A stretch of 63,099 bases of DNA, the filler included, from Chiloscyllium plagiosum (Eukaryota): NCBI RefSeq assembly GCF_004010195.1. It is 3 parts of one record of this genome, joined end to end, with 100 filler letters (N's around TTAATTAATTAA, not from the genome) between each part and the next. Parts side by side here need not be neighbours in the genome. Positions count along the whole stretch, not along the records: positions 1 to 21,615 come from NC_057717.1; positions 21,716 to 51,995 come from NC_057717.1; 1 more part is not named here. One strand, 5' to 3'. Under the pieces are notes generated by a model. It ran no database searches, was not told the DNA's origin, and saw only the letters and a list, made by a program, of their open reading frames with translations. Position numbers and translations under genes: made by a program. Positions 14,046-26,632 of the stretch are shown here, in pieces. The stretch's first letter is position 1, and the number at the start of each line of letters is the position of its first letter.

Positions 14046-16094
14046 CCGTTATTTCTATTAGTTATATGTGGCTGACTAAAGAAATCTGCCTGACTTGTTC
14101 CTATCACTGAATGTGACCCAGTCTGAGACCTTTATCATCGGCCATATCTCCAACATTTAAATTTGTTGCAAACAGTGGAGGAGCGGTACTAGAAAAGGTA
14201 ACAGTCGCACTCTCCAACCACAGTCAGAACCAGAGTGAGGAGAATTCACAAAGTAGGAATTTATTCAAGTGGGAATTCTCTTTCCCAGAAGTTTGTGATG
14301 GCTGAATCGTTATATTATCTCGAGGCTGGCTTTGTCTGATGTTCCATAGACAAGTGTATCAGGGATAATGGTGCATGGAGAGAAAAGTGCAGCTGAGAGC
14401 ACAATGAGATGAACCATGACCTACTTTACTGGTGGAGTAGTGTCACAGGGCCGAATGGCCCACTAGTGTCCCTCAGCCCTATGCTCTGATGTTCCATTCA
14501 GCCCTTCCGACCTGCTACACAGGAGCAGATCGAGGTCACTCTGATGGTTAGGTCTTGTTTCGAAAATGTACTTGTAGAATCCAGGCTGGCTCAACTCCAT
14601 TTTCCTGCTACACCCTCGTATGTCTCAACTCGCTTATATGTCCGAAACCAATCCACCCCCTCTGTAAATACATTCAGTGACCCACCTTCCACAACTCTCT
14701 GGGTTCGGGAATACCAGACATTCACTATTTTCTGAAAGATGACATTTCTTTACATCTCAGTTTGAAATCGATATCCCTTATTCTATATCAAAGTCCTGGA
14801 GTGAGATACTCTGCCCAGGTGTGGAACCACATTCTCAACAAATACTTTGTCAAGCCCCCTCTGTACCTTATCCATTTCAGTAATGTCACGCTCATTCATT
14901 TCAAGCACAATGAATAATTGCCTCACCATTTTAGATGTACTCATTAATTCAACCCTATCATCCCTGAAACCCGGTAATGTACCAATTTAGTTACTTTCTG
15001 CATCAGCATGATGACTTTATGTTTCATGCGCAGAAACACTCCAATCCCTTTATACTGCTCCTTCGTTCGGACTCCTCTTCATTAAATAACAGCCTGCCTT
15101 TTGGTTGTCAGTGTCATCCTCAAACTCGGATGTGTATTGCACTCAGTTCCCTCCTTCAGGCTCTCAGTATAGATGTAAATAACTGAAGCCATTGGACCGA
15201 TATTGGTGCTACTCCAGTAGACATGTCTTTATCATAAAGATCTATGAATCCTGACTCTCCAATTTCTATGTGATAACCATCCATCATCCCATGTTATCCA
15301 TCATATTATGAGTTTCTGTCTGGTGGAAGAACCTTTACTTTGTGATACCTTGTGGAAAATCTTGGGAAAGCCTCATGTCTACCAGTTCCCCTTTATCAAG
15401 CCCGCTTGTTACATTCTCAGAGATCTCGAGAAAAACTTTGCATGATTTCACAAAACCATGCTGACTCTGCCTGAAGCTTTTCTAAATGCCCTGCAATTCC
15501 TTCCTTAATAACAGACTGTCGCAGATTCCCAGCAATAATGGTTAGGGTAAATGGTTCTTGCTTTCTGTCTCGCTCCATCCTTGAAAACAGGCGCCATATT
15601 GGAGCTTCACGAGTTTCGATGGAACACTTCTGTAATCCAGAGAGTTATGGAATATTTCACACAGTGGCACCAGTCACTCTGTAACCACTTCTTTTAAAAC
15701 CAATTATGAATTACTGCTAACTTGCCTATCCTTATTCTTATCTGTTGTTAAAAACCTTGTACCTTTTGTTAGAGACGGTTCGAGAACCCTCCTATTACCA
15801 TTTCTTTGATGATTTTGAAATACTTACAGTGCCTTCCCTGTGAGGATTGATGTCAAATACTGGTGTAAATTATCTGCCTGTTCCCTGTAGCCACTTCCCC
15901 AGTCACACCCTCCAAATGTCCTCAATATACTTTCCTGACTTTCTTTCTACCAAAGGTCACACACTCTTCTTCAACTTTTTATATACACAGAGAAAAACTT
16001 GTGATGCTTGCTTTTACATTTCTTGCCAATTTATTTACATCATATCTTTTCATCCTTCTTCCGTCTATTTCTTGCTTTTTCCCTCACTTCCTAG

Positions 16095-16480
16095 ATTCAT
16101 ACAGTCATATTGCATACAAACATTGCATCCAACCTGTCCATGCTGACCATGTTTTCCAAACAAAACTAGTCTCATCTGATTGCATTTGGTCCACATGCCT
16201 CTAAACGCTTCCCATTCATATGTTTGTCCAAATGTCTTTTAAATGTTGCCACTGTACTTGCATCTATCAGCTCATCGGGCAGCTCATTCCATACACACAC
16301 CTCCTTTGTGTGAAATGTTGCCGTTTTATTCCTGTTAAATCTTCCAATTTTCACCTTAAAGCTGTATCTTATATGGTTAGTCTCCCCTATCGTGTGGAAA
16401 AGACCTTGGCAATTCACCCTGTCCATGCCTCCCATGATTTTATTAACTTCCAGAATGTCACCTCTCAACATCCTCCATTC
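16095..16480 (-). mobile_element. CR1/HER1-like 3' fragment
   Basis: ORF 16172-16483: LRGDILEVNKIMGGMDRV...VWNELP...FKRHLDKHM, the typical CR1 ORF2 C-terminus. Confidence 0.9.
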
Positions 16481-17039
16481 CATTTGAAACTAACTTCAAG
16501 AGCAAGCATTCACTAATAAGCATTGCAAATTTGAAACAATATTTTAAAACTGACAGGTAAACAACACTCAGCCCAAACTTTATACTGTGATTTGTTTTTC
16601 TCCATGTTACAATACTAAGGTAGCGTGAAATTCTTCCTAGTGCCAATAAGACGCCAAGAAAATAAATTACTTTGTCAAAAGGGGGTGATGATCTCTACAG
16701 TGAAAACGTTTCTCTAGCCAGAGCTATGTAAGTAAGGGAATTGTTATACCACACGGTCAGCGTGCAGTTGCCTTTAGCACAGTGAGATGAAGGCTGAGAA
16801 TATTTTTTGAAATTTGGATTATTCAGTGCAAAGGGGAAGATGTGTTTCCAATAAAGTTTACTCCAAGAAAGAAACTTTGCGGAGTGAGATGTGAGTGGGA
16901 GTTGTAATAGAAAGGCCGAACCACACTGAGACCAGAGGCAAAGTGGCAGCACAAACAGAACTTGATGCGCTGCAGGGAAGATATACTCGATCAAATAACT
17001 TCAGTTGTAGTGGGTAGGGACCATAATGTGAAAGAATGT

Positions 17040-17772
17040 TGTTGTGGTTCTGTTCGCCAAGCTGGGAATTTGTCTTACAAACATTTCGTCCCCTGTCTAG
17101 GTGACATCCTCAGTGCTTGGGAGCCTCCTGTGAAGCGCTTCTGTGATGTTTCCTCTGGCATTTATAGTGGCCGGTCTCTGCCGCTTCCGGTTGTCAGTTC
17201 CAGCTGTCCGCTGTAGTGGCCGGTATATTGGGTCCAGGTCGATGTGTTTGTTGATGGAGTTTGTGGATGAATGCCATGCCTCTAGGAATTCCCTGGCTGT
17301 TCTCTGTTTGGCTTGCCCTATAATGGTAGTGTTGTCCCAGTCGAATTCATGTTGCTTGTCATCTGCGTGTGTGGCTACTAAGGTTAGCTGGTCCTGGCGT
17401 TTCGTGACTAGTTGGTGTTCATGGATACAGATCGTTAGCTGTCTTCCTGTTTGTCCTATGTAGTGTTTTGTGCAGTCCTTGCATGGGATTTTGTACACTA
17501 CATTGGTTTTGTACACAGACTCTACCAACAAACACATCGACCTGGACCCAATATACCGGCCACTACAGCGGACAGCTGGAACTGACAACAGGAAGCGGCA
17601 GAGACAGGCCACTATAAATGCTGGAGGAAACATCCCAGAAGCACTTCACAGGAGGCTCCCAAGCACTGAGGATGTCACCTAGACAGGGGATGAAACGTTT
17701 GCAAGACAAATTCCCAGCTCGGCAAACAGAACCACAACTACGAGCACCCGAGCTACAAATCTTCTCCGAAAC
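17040..17772 (-). mobile_element. Penelope-like element: GIY-YIG end plus inverted terminal repeat
   Basis: Minus strand encodes NVVYKIPCKDCTKHYIGQTGRQL...EFLEAWHS (GIY-YIG). About 17513-17772 is an inverted copy of the 3' end. 13-bp TSD with one mismatch: tgtgaaagaatgt (17027-17039) and tgtgagagaatgt (17773-17785). Confidence 0.92.
17663..17702 (+). ncRNA. Minimal type-I hammerhead ribozyme motif (Penelope)
   Basis: gca-CTGAGGA-tgtcacct-agac-aggggat-GAAA-cgtt-tgc: conserved core, stem II hairpin, palindromic ACGT helix III. The inverted copy at 17077-17116 has GAAATGTT (CpG-decayed). Confidence 0.7.
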
Positions 17773-18199
17773 TGTGAGAGAATGTGCTCTGTAATTGGAG
17801 AAAGGGAATCAGAAAGGGGAGACAAGCAGGGAAGAGGATGGAGCAGCAATGGCAGGGGTTTCAATGTGTAATTTAGGAAGCACAATTGAAATTCATGCCT
17901 CGTATCTGCTTCTGGTCCCTGAAATAAATGTCCTAAATCTGGGCTCGTTAATTTGTGATTGAATAGTATCCTTGACAGACTTTGTGAACCACGGGTGGTT
18001 CATCTTCTTTCGAGTCCTTCTTTTCGAACAGAAACAATAATTTCTGAGCAGTATGGGATATCTGCTTGAATGTCTGCCCATGTATACCCACTGACCTTCC
18101 TCTGGGTGTAATTTCACATCACGACTCAGATATGAGACAGAAATCCTCAATTTAGATGTCTGGTTCTGTTCAATCATTTGGGGGAACTTCTGCATGTGG

Positions 18200-18920
18200 C
18201 TGAACATATGATCAGCGGAGACTGACTCAACCACACCTCCCAGGTGAAGCAACATTTCACCTGTACTCTTTCAATCCAGTCTCCTGTCATTGCTGCTCAC
18301 AATGCAGTCTCCTTTATACTGGTGAGAGCAAACAGAAACTGCACTGAGGAACATTCCCACTCTGTCTGGAGGAATAACCTTGACCTTCTCACTGCTTCCC
18401 ATTTCAATAACCTTCCTTGCTCTCATGCTGACATTTCGGCCCTGGGCTGCTGCAATGTTCCAATGAAGCACAACCCAAGCTCGAGTAACACCTCATTTTA
18501 AGCATTGTACGTTTCAGCAAGTAGGAGTTAACATTCATTTCTATAACTTCACAGTCTGAACCCATTATGGCTGTTCTCCATTTTACATACTTTCTGCTTC
18601 CTGGTTTCCCTATGACCTTGTCTATGTCTTGTTTATATTGCACTCAGTATGGAGAAACCATTTCTCCCATTCACACTTTAATATACACCGAATTTACATC
18701 TGTTTCTCTTTAACACAATCAAAAACCCCTCCTCTGTAACATTGCACCTCCACATGCTCTATTTCCCATCATCCCAATGTCCAGTTTTGTCAAGGGATTA
18801 AAACGTCCTTTTCAGTTCTGAACAAGGTTCAAGTTGGACTTGAAACACTACCTCTGTTTCTCTGTCTCCACAGATGCCGCCAGACCTGCTGAGTTTCTCC
18901 AGCAATTTCTGGTTTTGAAC
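18200..18920 (+). mobile_element. Old decayed Penelope-like element (GIY-YIG region and 3' end)
   Basis: caggtgaagcaacatttcacctg...tgctcacaatgcagtctcctttatactggtgag resembles the CxxC..YIGET region of the 43469-45075 element; ends in cacagatgccgccagacctgctgagtttctccagc. Confidence 0.6.
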
Positions 18921-19134
18921 AGCTTGAAAGACGTGTATCAAAGCTGCTCAAACGCCCTGTCCAACATGGAGCACCATACACTGGGATGTGAACAATAACG
19001 CAAGATGTACAAGTTCATTGGTTCTGAAATAACTTAAGATTGGCATCATTGACACTACAAAGTTCTTAATCAAGGCCACAGAGAGAAACAGTTACAATGT
19101 TAAAACTGAAAGTGGCATGACTGGACGGACAAGA

Positions 19135-19450
19135 TTCAGATGGAAGCAGGCCCTTCGGCCCAACAAGTCCACACCGATCCTGTGAAGACCAAACCAACCA
19201 GATCCGTTCCCCTAACCTATATCTACCCCTGACTAATTGACCTAACCTGCACATTCCTAAACACTATAGGTAGTCTAGCAAGGCCAATAACCTGCACATT
19301 ATTGGATTGTGGGAGGGAACCGGAGCACGCAAAAAAAACTCACACAGACACAGGGAAAATCTGCAAGACATTTGCCAGAGGATGGAATCGGACCTGGGTC
19401 CCCAGCGGTGTGAGGCAGCAACGCTAATGACTGAGCCATGGTGCTGCCCC
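19135..19450 (-). mobile_element. HE1-type V-SINE
   Basis: ggcccttcggcccaacaagtccacaccga tail and gaggcagcaacgctaatgactgagccatggtgctgccc head. Confidence 0.85.
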
Positions 19451-20029
19451 AGGGAAAATATTTAGGGGTTTTCTGAAACATGACAAAAAGAGGTGTGACA
19501 CCATGGACAGACATTCAGAGGAATGAGGATATTAAAATGGAAGTATTACCACATCAGTAAACAGGGTAGGTCACGGGGTGATGGGTGAATGGGTCTCGGT
19601 GTGAACTTGGGGACAGACAGCAGAATTGCATTACAGAAATTGCAGCTCAAACCTGGAAATGCATCTGGTACGGTAGATCACAGCTGGACAGAAGGAGAAT
19701 TGTACTCAGTTACAATGTGTAACGTTTTGCACAGTATAATCTTTCAGTCTATTATTCCCATTGTCAGATCAATGTTTCATTGACGATTGTGGGTGAATAT
19801 ACCAGGGTCAGAACCATGTGTACCTGAAACAATCCATTTAAAGCTATCACACTGCCTACTGTACTTACATTCCAAACAGCAGGACTAATATCTGATAAAG
19901 AGGGCAACATGATTACAAAGCCAACAGAACAGATCGAAACTCTGCAGTCCTGCCACATCCAGTCAAAAGTGGGTTGAACCATGGAACAACTCATGAGAGA
20001 AAAGGACTCCACAAATATTATTTGAAAAC

Positions 20030-20360
20030 AATGTTCATTGGAGTGAGGGCGTCACTGAGTAGGTCAGCATTTATTGCCCAGAGGACTGTTAAGAGTCAAT
20101 GACATTGCTGTGTGCCTGGAGTTCCATGTGGGCCGGAGCAGGTATGGATGGCAGTTTCCTTCCCTAAAGGACATCAGTGAAGCAAATCGATTTCTCCCAC
20201 AATCAACAATTGATTCATGATCATCATTACACTCTTGATCCCAAACATTTATTGGATTGGAGTTCGATCATGTACTGTAACAGGATTCGAACTCAGGTCA
20301 CCAGAACATTACTGGGGTTGTTAGACTAACACATCAACAGCAACACCACTCGGCTATTGC
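20030..20360 (-). mobile_element. tRNA-derived SINE, second family
   Basis: Shares ggatggcagtttccttc.ctaaaggacat.agtgaa and ggattcgaactc with 54410-54760; a decayed plus-strand copy lies near 20840-21120. Confidence 0.7.
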
Positions 20361-20364
20361 TTTA

Positions 20365-20760
20365 CCATTCCCCATAAAAAAATGGAATCTTCCTACACAT
20401 CAGTGTAAAAGACAAGGATGCAGTGTATACACCATCCTCAGCCAGAAGTGTTGCTTGGATGATCCCCACTGAATCACAGATGCAAGACTTCAAACAATTC
20501 GATTTTCTGCACGCACCATGAAGAAACAGCTGAACACAGTAGATACGACAACGGGAATGGGTCCTGACCCCATTCCTGCAATAGGACTGAAGATTGTGCT
20601 GCACACCAAGCCGTGTCCCTGGGGAAGCTGTTTCATTCCAGCCCCAACTCTGACATCTCTCTGGTAATGTGGAAAATTACACAATCCCATCCCCTAAGAG
20701 GAGGATAATTACAATCTGATCAATTACCACCCCCTCAGTCCCATCACGATAATCAAGTTG
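20365..20760 (+). mobile_element. Decayed non-LTR retrotransposon pre-RT/RT fragment (different family)
   Basis: aagaaacagctg...gggtcctgaccccattcctgcaatagga.ctgaag (GPDxIP) and caattaccaccccctcagt (NYRPIS-like). Confidence 0.55.
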
Positions 20761-21400
20761 GTGAGAATTCCTTTGACAGAGCTGTCAACCAGCACAGAAA
20801 GAACGTGCACAGTGCTGTGTCCGATAGGCCCCCATGTGGAGACGGTGTTGCTGTGGAAATGTCACTGGATTACTAATCCAGACCAGAATAATGCTCTGGC
20901 AGCTGGTGGAAGTTAGAAATAATTAATAAAATATCGAGATCTAAAATCTAGTGCTAGTAATATTGACCTCGAAGCGCATGTCCATTGTCAATGTAAATTT
21001 CCTACCCGAATGTACATTCAGGAAGTGAATCTCCAGTGCTTTCCTGGTCGAACCAAAACGTGACTCCAGATATACAGACATGTGGTAAACTCTTCAATTG
21101 TCTCTGAAGCGGCCATGCAAGGCCGTTATATCAAACTTCTCCAAGGTCTTAATGGCAAAAAATGATATAACACCCGGCACCAGCTGCTGTATCGGAAAAG
21201 GGAATAGGAACACTGTCCTGTCAACACTGCAGAGACCTCCTTCCTTACATGTGAGAGCTTATGACAACAATAACAGAGCTTTCCCACAGACTGCACATCG
21301 CGAAATGAGTAGGCCTTTCAACACATTGAGCCTTCCCCACTCTAGGTTTTGGCCAAACAACTCTTCAGTTAACTTTTCCCTAGCACGATATACTGTATGT

Positions 21401-21615
21401 CATAGAACATAGAACATAGAACAATACAGCACAGAACAGGCCCTTCGGCCCACGATGTTGTGCCGAACATTTGTCCTAGCTTAAGCACCCATCCATGTAC
21501 CTATCCAATTGCCGCTTAAAGGTCACCAAAGATTCTGACTCTACCACTCCCACAGGCAGCGCATTCCATGCCCCCACCACTCTCTGGGTAAAGAACCTAC
21601 CCCTAACATCTCCCC
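21401..21615 (-). mobile_element. Young CR1 3' end, same subfamily as 1173-1482, truncated by the gap
   Basis: (catagaa)3 tail and acagcacagaacaggcccttcggcccacgatgttgtgccgaac, nearly identical to the reverse complement of 1420-1482. Confidence 0.9.
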
Positions 21616-21715
21616 NNNNNNNNNNNNNNNNNNNNNNNNNNNNNNNNNNNNNNNNNNNNTTAATTAATTAANNNNNNNNNNNNNNNNNNNNNNNNNNNNN
21701 NNNNNNNNNNNNNNN
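21616..21715. other. 100-bp scaffold gap with central TTAATTAATTAA linker
   Basis: 44 N + ttaattaattaa (21660-21671) + 44 N. Confidence 0.95.
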
Positions 21716-22591
21716 TACATGCGTAAACATTTAAATACAGATATCAGAGTTTATCATTTTTATATACAAGTCTGTACATTTATCAAACATATGTCCATAT
21801 ATTTTGCTGAGGCGTCAGCAGAGCCCAAATGACTGCGTGGGCCCCCTGTTCTTCTTTAGGCAGGCAAATGTTACACGGTGGTCTTTCCCCACCGCGCCTT
21901 GGCGGCAGCTGCTCCAAGCTTCAGTGTGTCCCTCAACACGTAGTTCTGGACCTTGGAATCTGCCAATCTGCAACCCTCAGTCGGGGTTAACTCCTTCAGC
22001 TGGAAGATCAACAGGTTTCGGACAGCCAAGAGAGCGTCCTCAACCAAGTTGATGATCCTCCTGGCACAGTTGATGTTGGTCTCAGTGCGTGTCCCGGGAA
22101 ACATCCCGTAGAGCACGGAGTGCCACGTCACGGCTCTGCTCGGGATGAACCTCGACAAACAACACTGCATTCCTCTCCAAACTCCTTCTGCATAGGCACA
22201 TTCCATAAGGAGGTGCGTGACAGCCTCACCCCCCACCCCCGCAGCCGCTTCGACTGCTTCAAACCCACAACACTCGAGCAAAATCTTCTTCATGGATGCC
22301 ATCCGATTGACAGGTGTACGATCCTCCACCTCTTTCAAAGTCACCCTGACTGTTTTGCGAATGCCCTGGCCTGGGCTGCGGGCTGCTGATGAGGTCATAG
22401 CTCCTAGCTTGGCTGGTCCCTGAATTGGCGTTAGGCCGAAGCCAGCATAAAGATCCACCAAGAGCAGGACAGCACAACCAAATGAACCTTCACCGTCCAA
22501 TCACGATCCAGCGATGATCTAGACGAGCTGTGATGACTTGCAACTCGACACCCGTCCTGATATAAACAGACACTTGATCTTAGCCAAGAGG
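21716..22591 (-). mobile_element. Internally deleted Tx1-clade (Keno-like) LINE with a U2 snRNA-derived 5' head
   Basis: ORF1-like N-terminus (GIRKTVRVTLKEVE...KKILLECCGF) joined to an ORF2 C-terminal zinc-knuckle region (EAVTHLLMECAYAEGVW...RWGKTTV); 5' end matches U2 snRNA. Confidence 0.8.
22557..22591 (-). pseudogene. U2 snRNA 5' fragment at the head of the Tx1 element
   Basis: Reverse complement cctcttggctaagatcaagtgt-ctgtttatatcag versus U2 CCTTTTGGCTAAGATCAAGTGT(AGTAT)CTGTTCTTATCAG. Confidence 0.8.
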
Positions 22592-22599
22592 GACTCTAT

Positions 22600-25500
22600 T
22601 AAAAATCTTTCTGAAAATCCAAGTTTAGTTCCTCTATTGCTTTCCAGTAATTAATCTACCAGTCAGTTTCTCAAATATGTTTCCCATTTCATCAATGTGT
22701 GTTGAGTTTTATTTTATGCCCATTTTTCAATTCCAATAATTTTCCCAAGTTAGTTTATTTCCTAATTTAATACTATATACTTTTCTCCTCAGTCTCAGGT
22801 TTTCTGGTATTGCTGGGAAGGCTTTGTTTATATCTATTTTTCTGTGGAGACAGAAGTGAAGTAATTGATTCATGCTCCTCTGTTCTCCATTCTCCATTCC
22901 CTGGTTTCAGGCTGTAAGGAAGCTGACACTTTGATTGGAAAGAACAGCTGCTGTCTATTCACCCTGTCCATGCCACTTGTAATCTTAAACCTGAATTACT
23001 TACCCACTCAACTTTCTCTGCTCCAAGGCAAACAAATCAAGCTTATCCAGCCCCTCTCCACAGCTCATATGTTCCATCCCGGGAACATCTAAGTGAATCT
23101 TCTCTGCACCTCATCCAATGAAATCACATCCTTCATGTAATATGGCTACAAGAACTGCACACAATATTTAATTTGGCCTTACCAAAGTGCTATATACCTC
23201 TCATAATCTTTGGGTCAACCAACAAAGGCTATATCTACGGTCCTGCTTAACTCATCAATGATCATATTCTCCCCTATCTGGTTCCATCTTCCAAAGTGCA
23301 TCACCTCATATTTATCAGGGTGGCATTCCATCTGCCATTGATCATTTTCATCTGACCAATCCACCAGCATCTTTCTGTAATATCAGGCCTTCTTCCTCAT
23401 TGCCATCCACCCCGTCAATCTTTGTTTACAACACAGACGTGCTTATCACACTCCCCCTACCCATTTCATATTCACATCACCTATGGTTATCACGAATAAT
23501 AAGGGATACAGCACTGATCTCTGTTGTACACTATGGGACATTGGTCTCCAGTCACAGAAAACAGCCTTCTACCACGAAGTTGAGTTTGGATGCAACTTGG
23601 CAAGTCACTAATAGGTCTTACCTTTTCCCTGGTTATTCTGTTCCAGATGATATACCTGTAGAATATCTGGGGATTCTCCCTAATCTTGCCCTGCCAGCAA
23701 GTTTCCATTGCCCTGCATGCGTCAGTCCCATCTGAGTGAAGAATTCCCTCCTTATTGCGGTCTTAAATGGCCTGTCCCTTATCCTGCCATTATTTGCCTT
23801 AAGTGTAGAGTAGACAACCAGAGAAACATTCTGTTTGTTTCCACTTGTCACATGTTTCGTAGATTTTCTACATTTCATTGCGTTCTTTGAAATTGGGGAG
23901 GTCACAACACAAGTCCCACCATCAGAAAATCTTGTCATCTGAGGGATTAATCTGGAGAATGTCCATTGCATGTCCTCTGTATTCAGTACACTCTTTCTTA
24001 GATTAGTCACCTACACCGTACACATTTGTCCAAGTATACTCTCACCAACACTCTATGCAACTGCTTAATGATGTCTCTACATCAATTTTCAGATTCGCTT
24101 AAACGAAGGCCAACGTAACTTTAACTTTCCAATTATATGTATTCTTCCAATTATATGTATTATTCACGTTAATTGCATTTACGAGCTCACTGTGTGAGTT
24201 CTTACAGAAAGACTTCTGAAAATCCAAATGCACCACTTCCACTGGTTGTCCATTATCTATGCTGCAAAAAAACAACTTCAAACAATTCCGAAGTTTGTCA
24301 GGTATGATTTCTTTGTCAGAAATAAATAGTAATTCTCTGTAATGTTGCTGTCCATTTCTAAATGCCCAATATCACATCTTATATAGTAGATTCCAACTGT
24401 TTCCCTACAGATATAAAATTAATTGGTTTGCAGTCATCTACGTGATCTCGTCTTGCCTGCGTATATAGTTGGATCATGTTTACTTTCTTCCTGTTATCTA
24501 CAATGGCATATGGCCTTTGCAGGATCTAAAGGAAAATAAAACACAGTCACCGACAGTTCAATTAATATGCTGTTTTATTTCAGACATTTTGATATGAAGT
24601 ACTTCTGACCCATCAGACTTAGCAATGATCAATCCAGCGAGACTTTCAAGTACTATCTTGTTGCTGATACGCATTGACTTTATTTCTTTCTTTCCACAAT
24701 TCCCATGTGACAATTTGTTATACGTCGGAGATTTCCTGGAGCTTTCTCCATGAAGACAGATGTGAAGTAACTGGTTAGTTTCTCTGCCATTTCCTTTTCC
24801 TCCACAATAAATTCTCCTATACCCTACAAATTTCCACATTTGACCTTGCTGTTGTTTTCTTTAGTACATGGATCGTAGATATAAGCAGTCTGTGTGTTTC
24901 CTGTTTATTTCTATTCATGTTCTTTTTGATTTCCTAAACACTTTCTCCTTCCTTATTTTCGGAAAAGTATATCTCTCAGAATGTTCAGGTTTCCACAATA
25001 TCTGGAATTCTCCTGAAACTGATTTCTTTGGTTTAATGCAATCTTTAATTTCTTACATTAACCATCATGAGTCACCTTCCCTTTCTTTGATGTTTGTAAC
25101 GTAGTGATATGTACGTATTTTTCAGACGTTGTAGCATTTCTATCAATAACAACCATTATTTAGCTCGCACTAAATGTCATATTGTATTTTTCCAATTCAC
25201 TTGACACTCTCGTTTCCGGGCTTCCATGATATTTGAGTCTAATGTTCAAAAATTGTAATTTCCATGCAGACGCCGTGTAAAATGCAACGTATTAATGTCA
25301 TGATACCTCAAAAGCTGCTTAAAAACAAGATTATTAATTAGCCCTTGTGACTACACAACACCACGCCCGAAAGTACCTATTCTCTAGTTTGATCAACAAC
25401 ATATTCTTCAACCTACCTCATACACATTTATGACATTTACATTTCACAGCTTTAGCAATCATTTAGTTAACGCAGTTTAGATGCAATTTTAGATCATCCA
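22600..25500 (-). mobile_element. Mosaic of old CR1-like LINE fragments
   Basis: Minus-strand remnants KIRENPQIFYRYI, IDNGQPVEVVHLDFQKSF, FKTAIRREFFTQ; 25140-25500 is paralogous to 54030-54390. Confidence 0.6.
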
Positions 25501-25502
25501 GT

Positions 25503-25933
25503 TCAAAGTTTGTGAGAAGATTTGTAGCTCGGATGCTCGTTGCTGTGGTTCTGTTCGCCGAGCTAGAAGTTTTGTTGCAAACGTTTCGTCCCCTGTCTCG
25601 GTGACATCCTCAGTGCTTGGGAACCTCCTGTGAAGCGCTTCTGTGGTGTTTCCTCTGGCATTTATAGTGCCCTGTCCCTGCCGCTTCCGGTTGTCAGTTT
25701 CAGCTGTCCGCTGTAGTGGCCGGTATATTGGGTCCAGGTCGATGTGTTTGTTGATGGAGTTTGTGGATGAGTGCCATGCTCCTAGGAATTCCCTGGCTGT
25801 TCTTTGTTTGGCTTGCACTATAATGGTAGTGTTGTCCCAGTCAAATTCATGTTGATTGTCGTCTACGTGTGTGGCTACTAAGGATAGCTGATCGTGGCGT
25901 TTCGTGGCTAGTTGATGTTCATGGATGTGGATC
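25503..25933 (-). mobile_element. Penelope-like element 3' end (same family as 17040-17772), cut by the gap
   Basis: QAKQRTAREFLGAWHSSTNSINKHIDLDPIY; high identity to 17040-17430; intact hammerhead motif at 25577-25616. Confidence 0.92.
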
Positions 25934-26440
25934 NNNNNNNNNNNNNNNNNNNNNNNNNNNNNNNNNNNNNNNNNNNNNNNNNNNNNNNNNNNNNNNNNNN
26001 NNNNNNNNNNNNNNNNNNNNNNNNNNNNNNNNNNNNNNNNNNNNNNNNNNNNNNNNNNNNNNNNNNNNNNNNNNNNNNNNNNNNNNNNNNNNNNNNNNNN
26101 NNNNNNNNNNNNNNNNNNNNNNNNNNNNNNNNNNNNNNNNNNNNNNNNNNNNNNNNNNNNNNNNNNNNNNNNNNNNNNNNNNNNNNNNNNNNNNNNNNNN
26201 NNNNNNNNNNNNNNNNNNNNNNNNNNNNNNNNNNNNNNNNNNNNNNNNNNNNNNNNNNNNNNNNNNNNNNNNNNNNNNNNNNNNNNNNNNNNNNNNNNNN
26301 NNNNNNNNNNNNNNNNNNNNNNNNNNNNNNNNNNNNNNNNNNNNNNNNNNNNNNNNNNNNNNNNNNNNNNNNNNNNNNNNNNNNNNNNNNNNNNNNNNNN
26401 NNNNNNNNNNNNNNNNNNNNNNNNNNNNNNNNNNNNNNNN
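25934..26440. other. Assembly gap
   Basis: N run. Confidence 1.
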
Positions 26441-26632
26441 GCTGAGGGATGTGGTCTGTGGTGTTATTAGTGACAGATGTGGAGAAGACATTAGGGAGGC
26501 TCACCCCGATGCTGAGATGATCCGAAGAAATGCCCATCAATACAGGAGAAGCATCAATAACCTTCCCCGCTATGCCAGGCAAATGTTTCCATATTCTCTC
26601 TACTCCCTCACACTCACTGTATATCTGTTATA

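Larger units (their letters stand above)
11970..14600. repeat. Partial segmental-duplication module copy (no exon 1 seen)
   Basis: 11970-12270 matches 26500-26850 and 54960-55180; 14070-14200 matches 46410-46530; 14240-14540 matches 29520-30000 and 57200-57450. Confidence 0.7.

Noticed and set aside
21660..21671. TTAATTAATTAA motif here and at 52040-52051
   Set aside because: Centred in exactly 44+44 N both times; an artificial six-frame-stop scaffolding linker, not biology.
22557..22591. Functional U2 snRNA gene
   Set aside because: Only about 35 nt, with a deletion in the branch-point-pairing region and no Sm site or 3' stem-loops.
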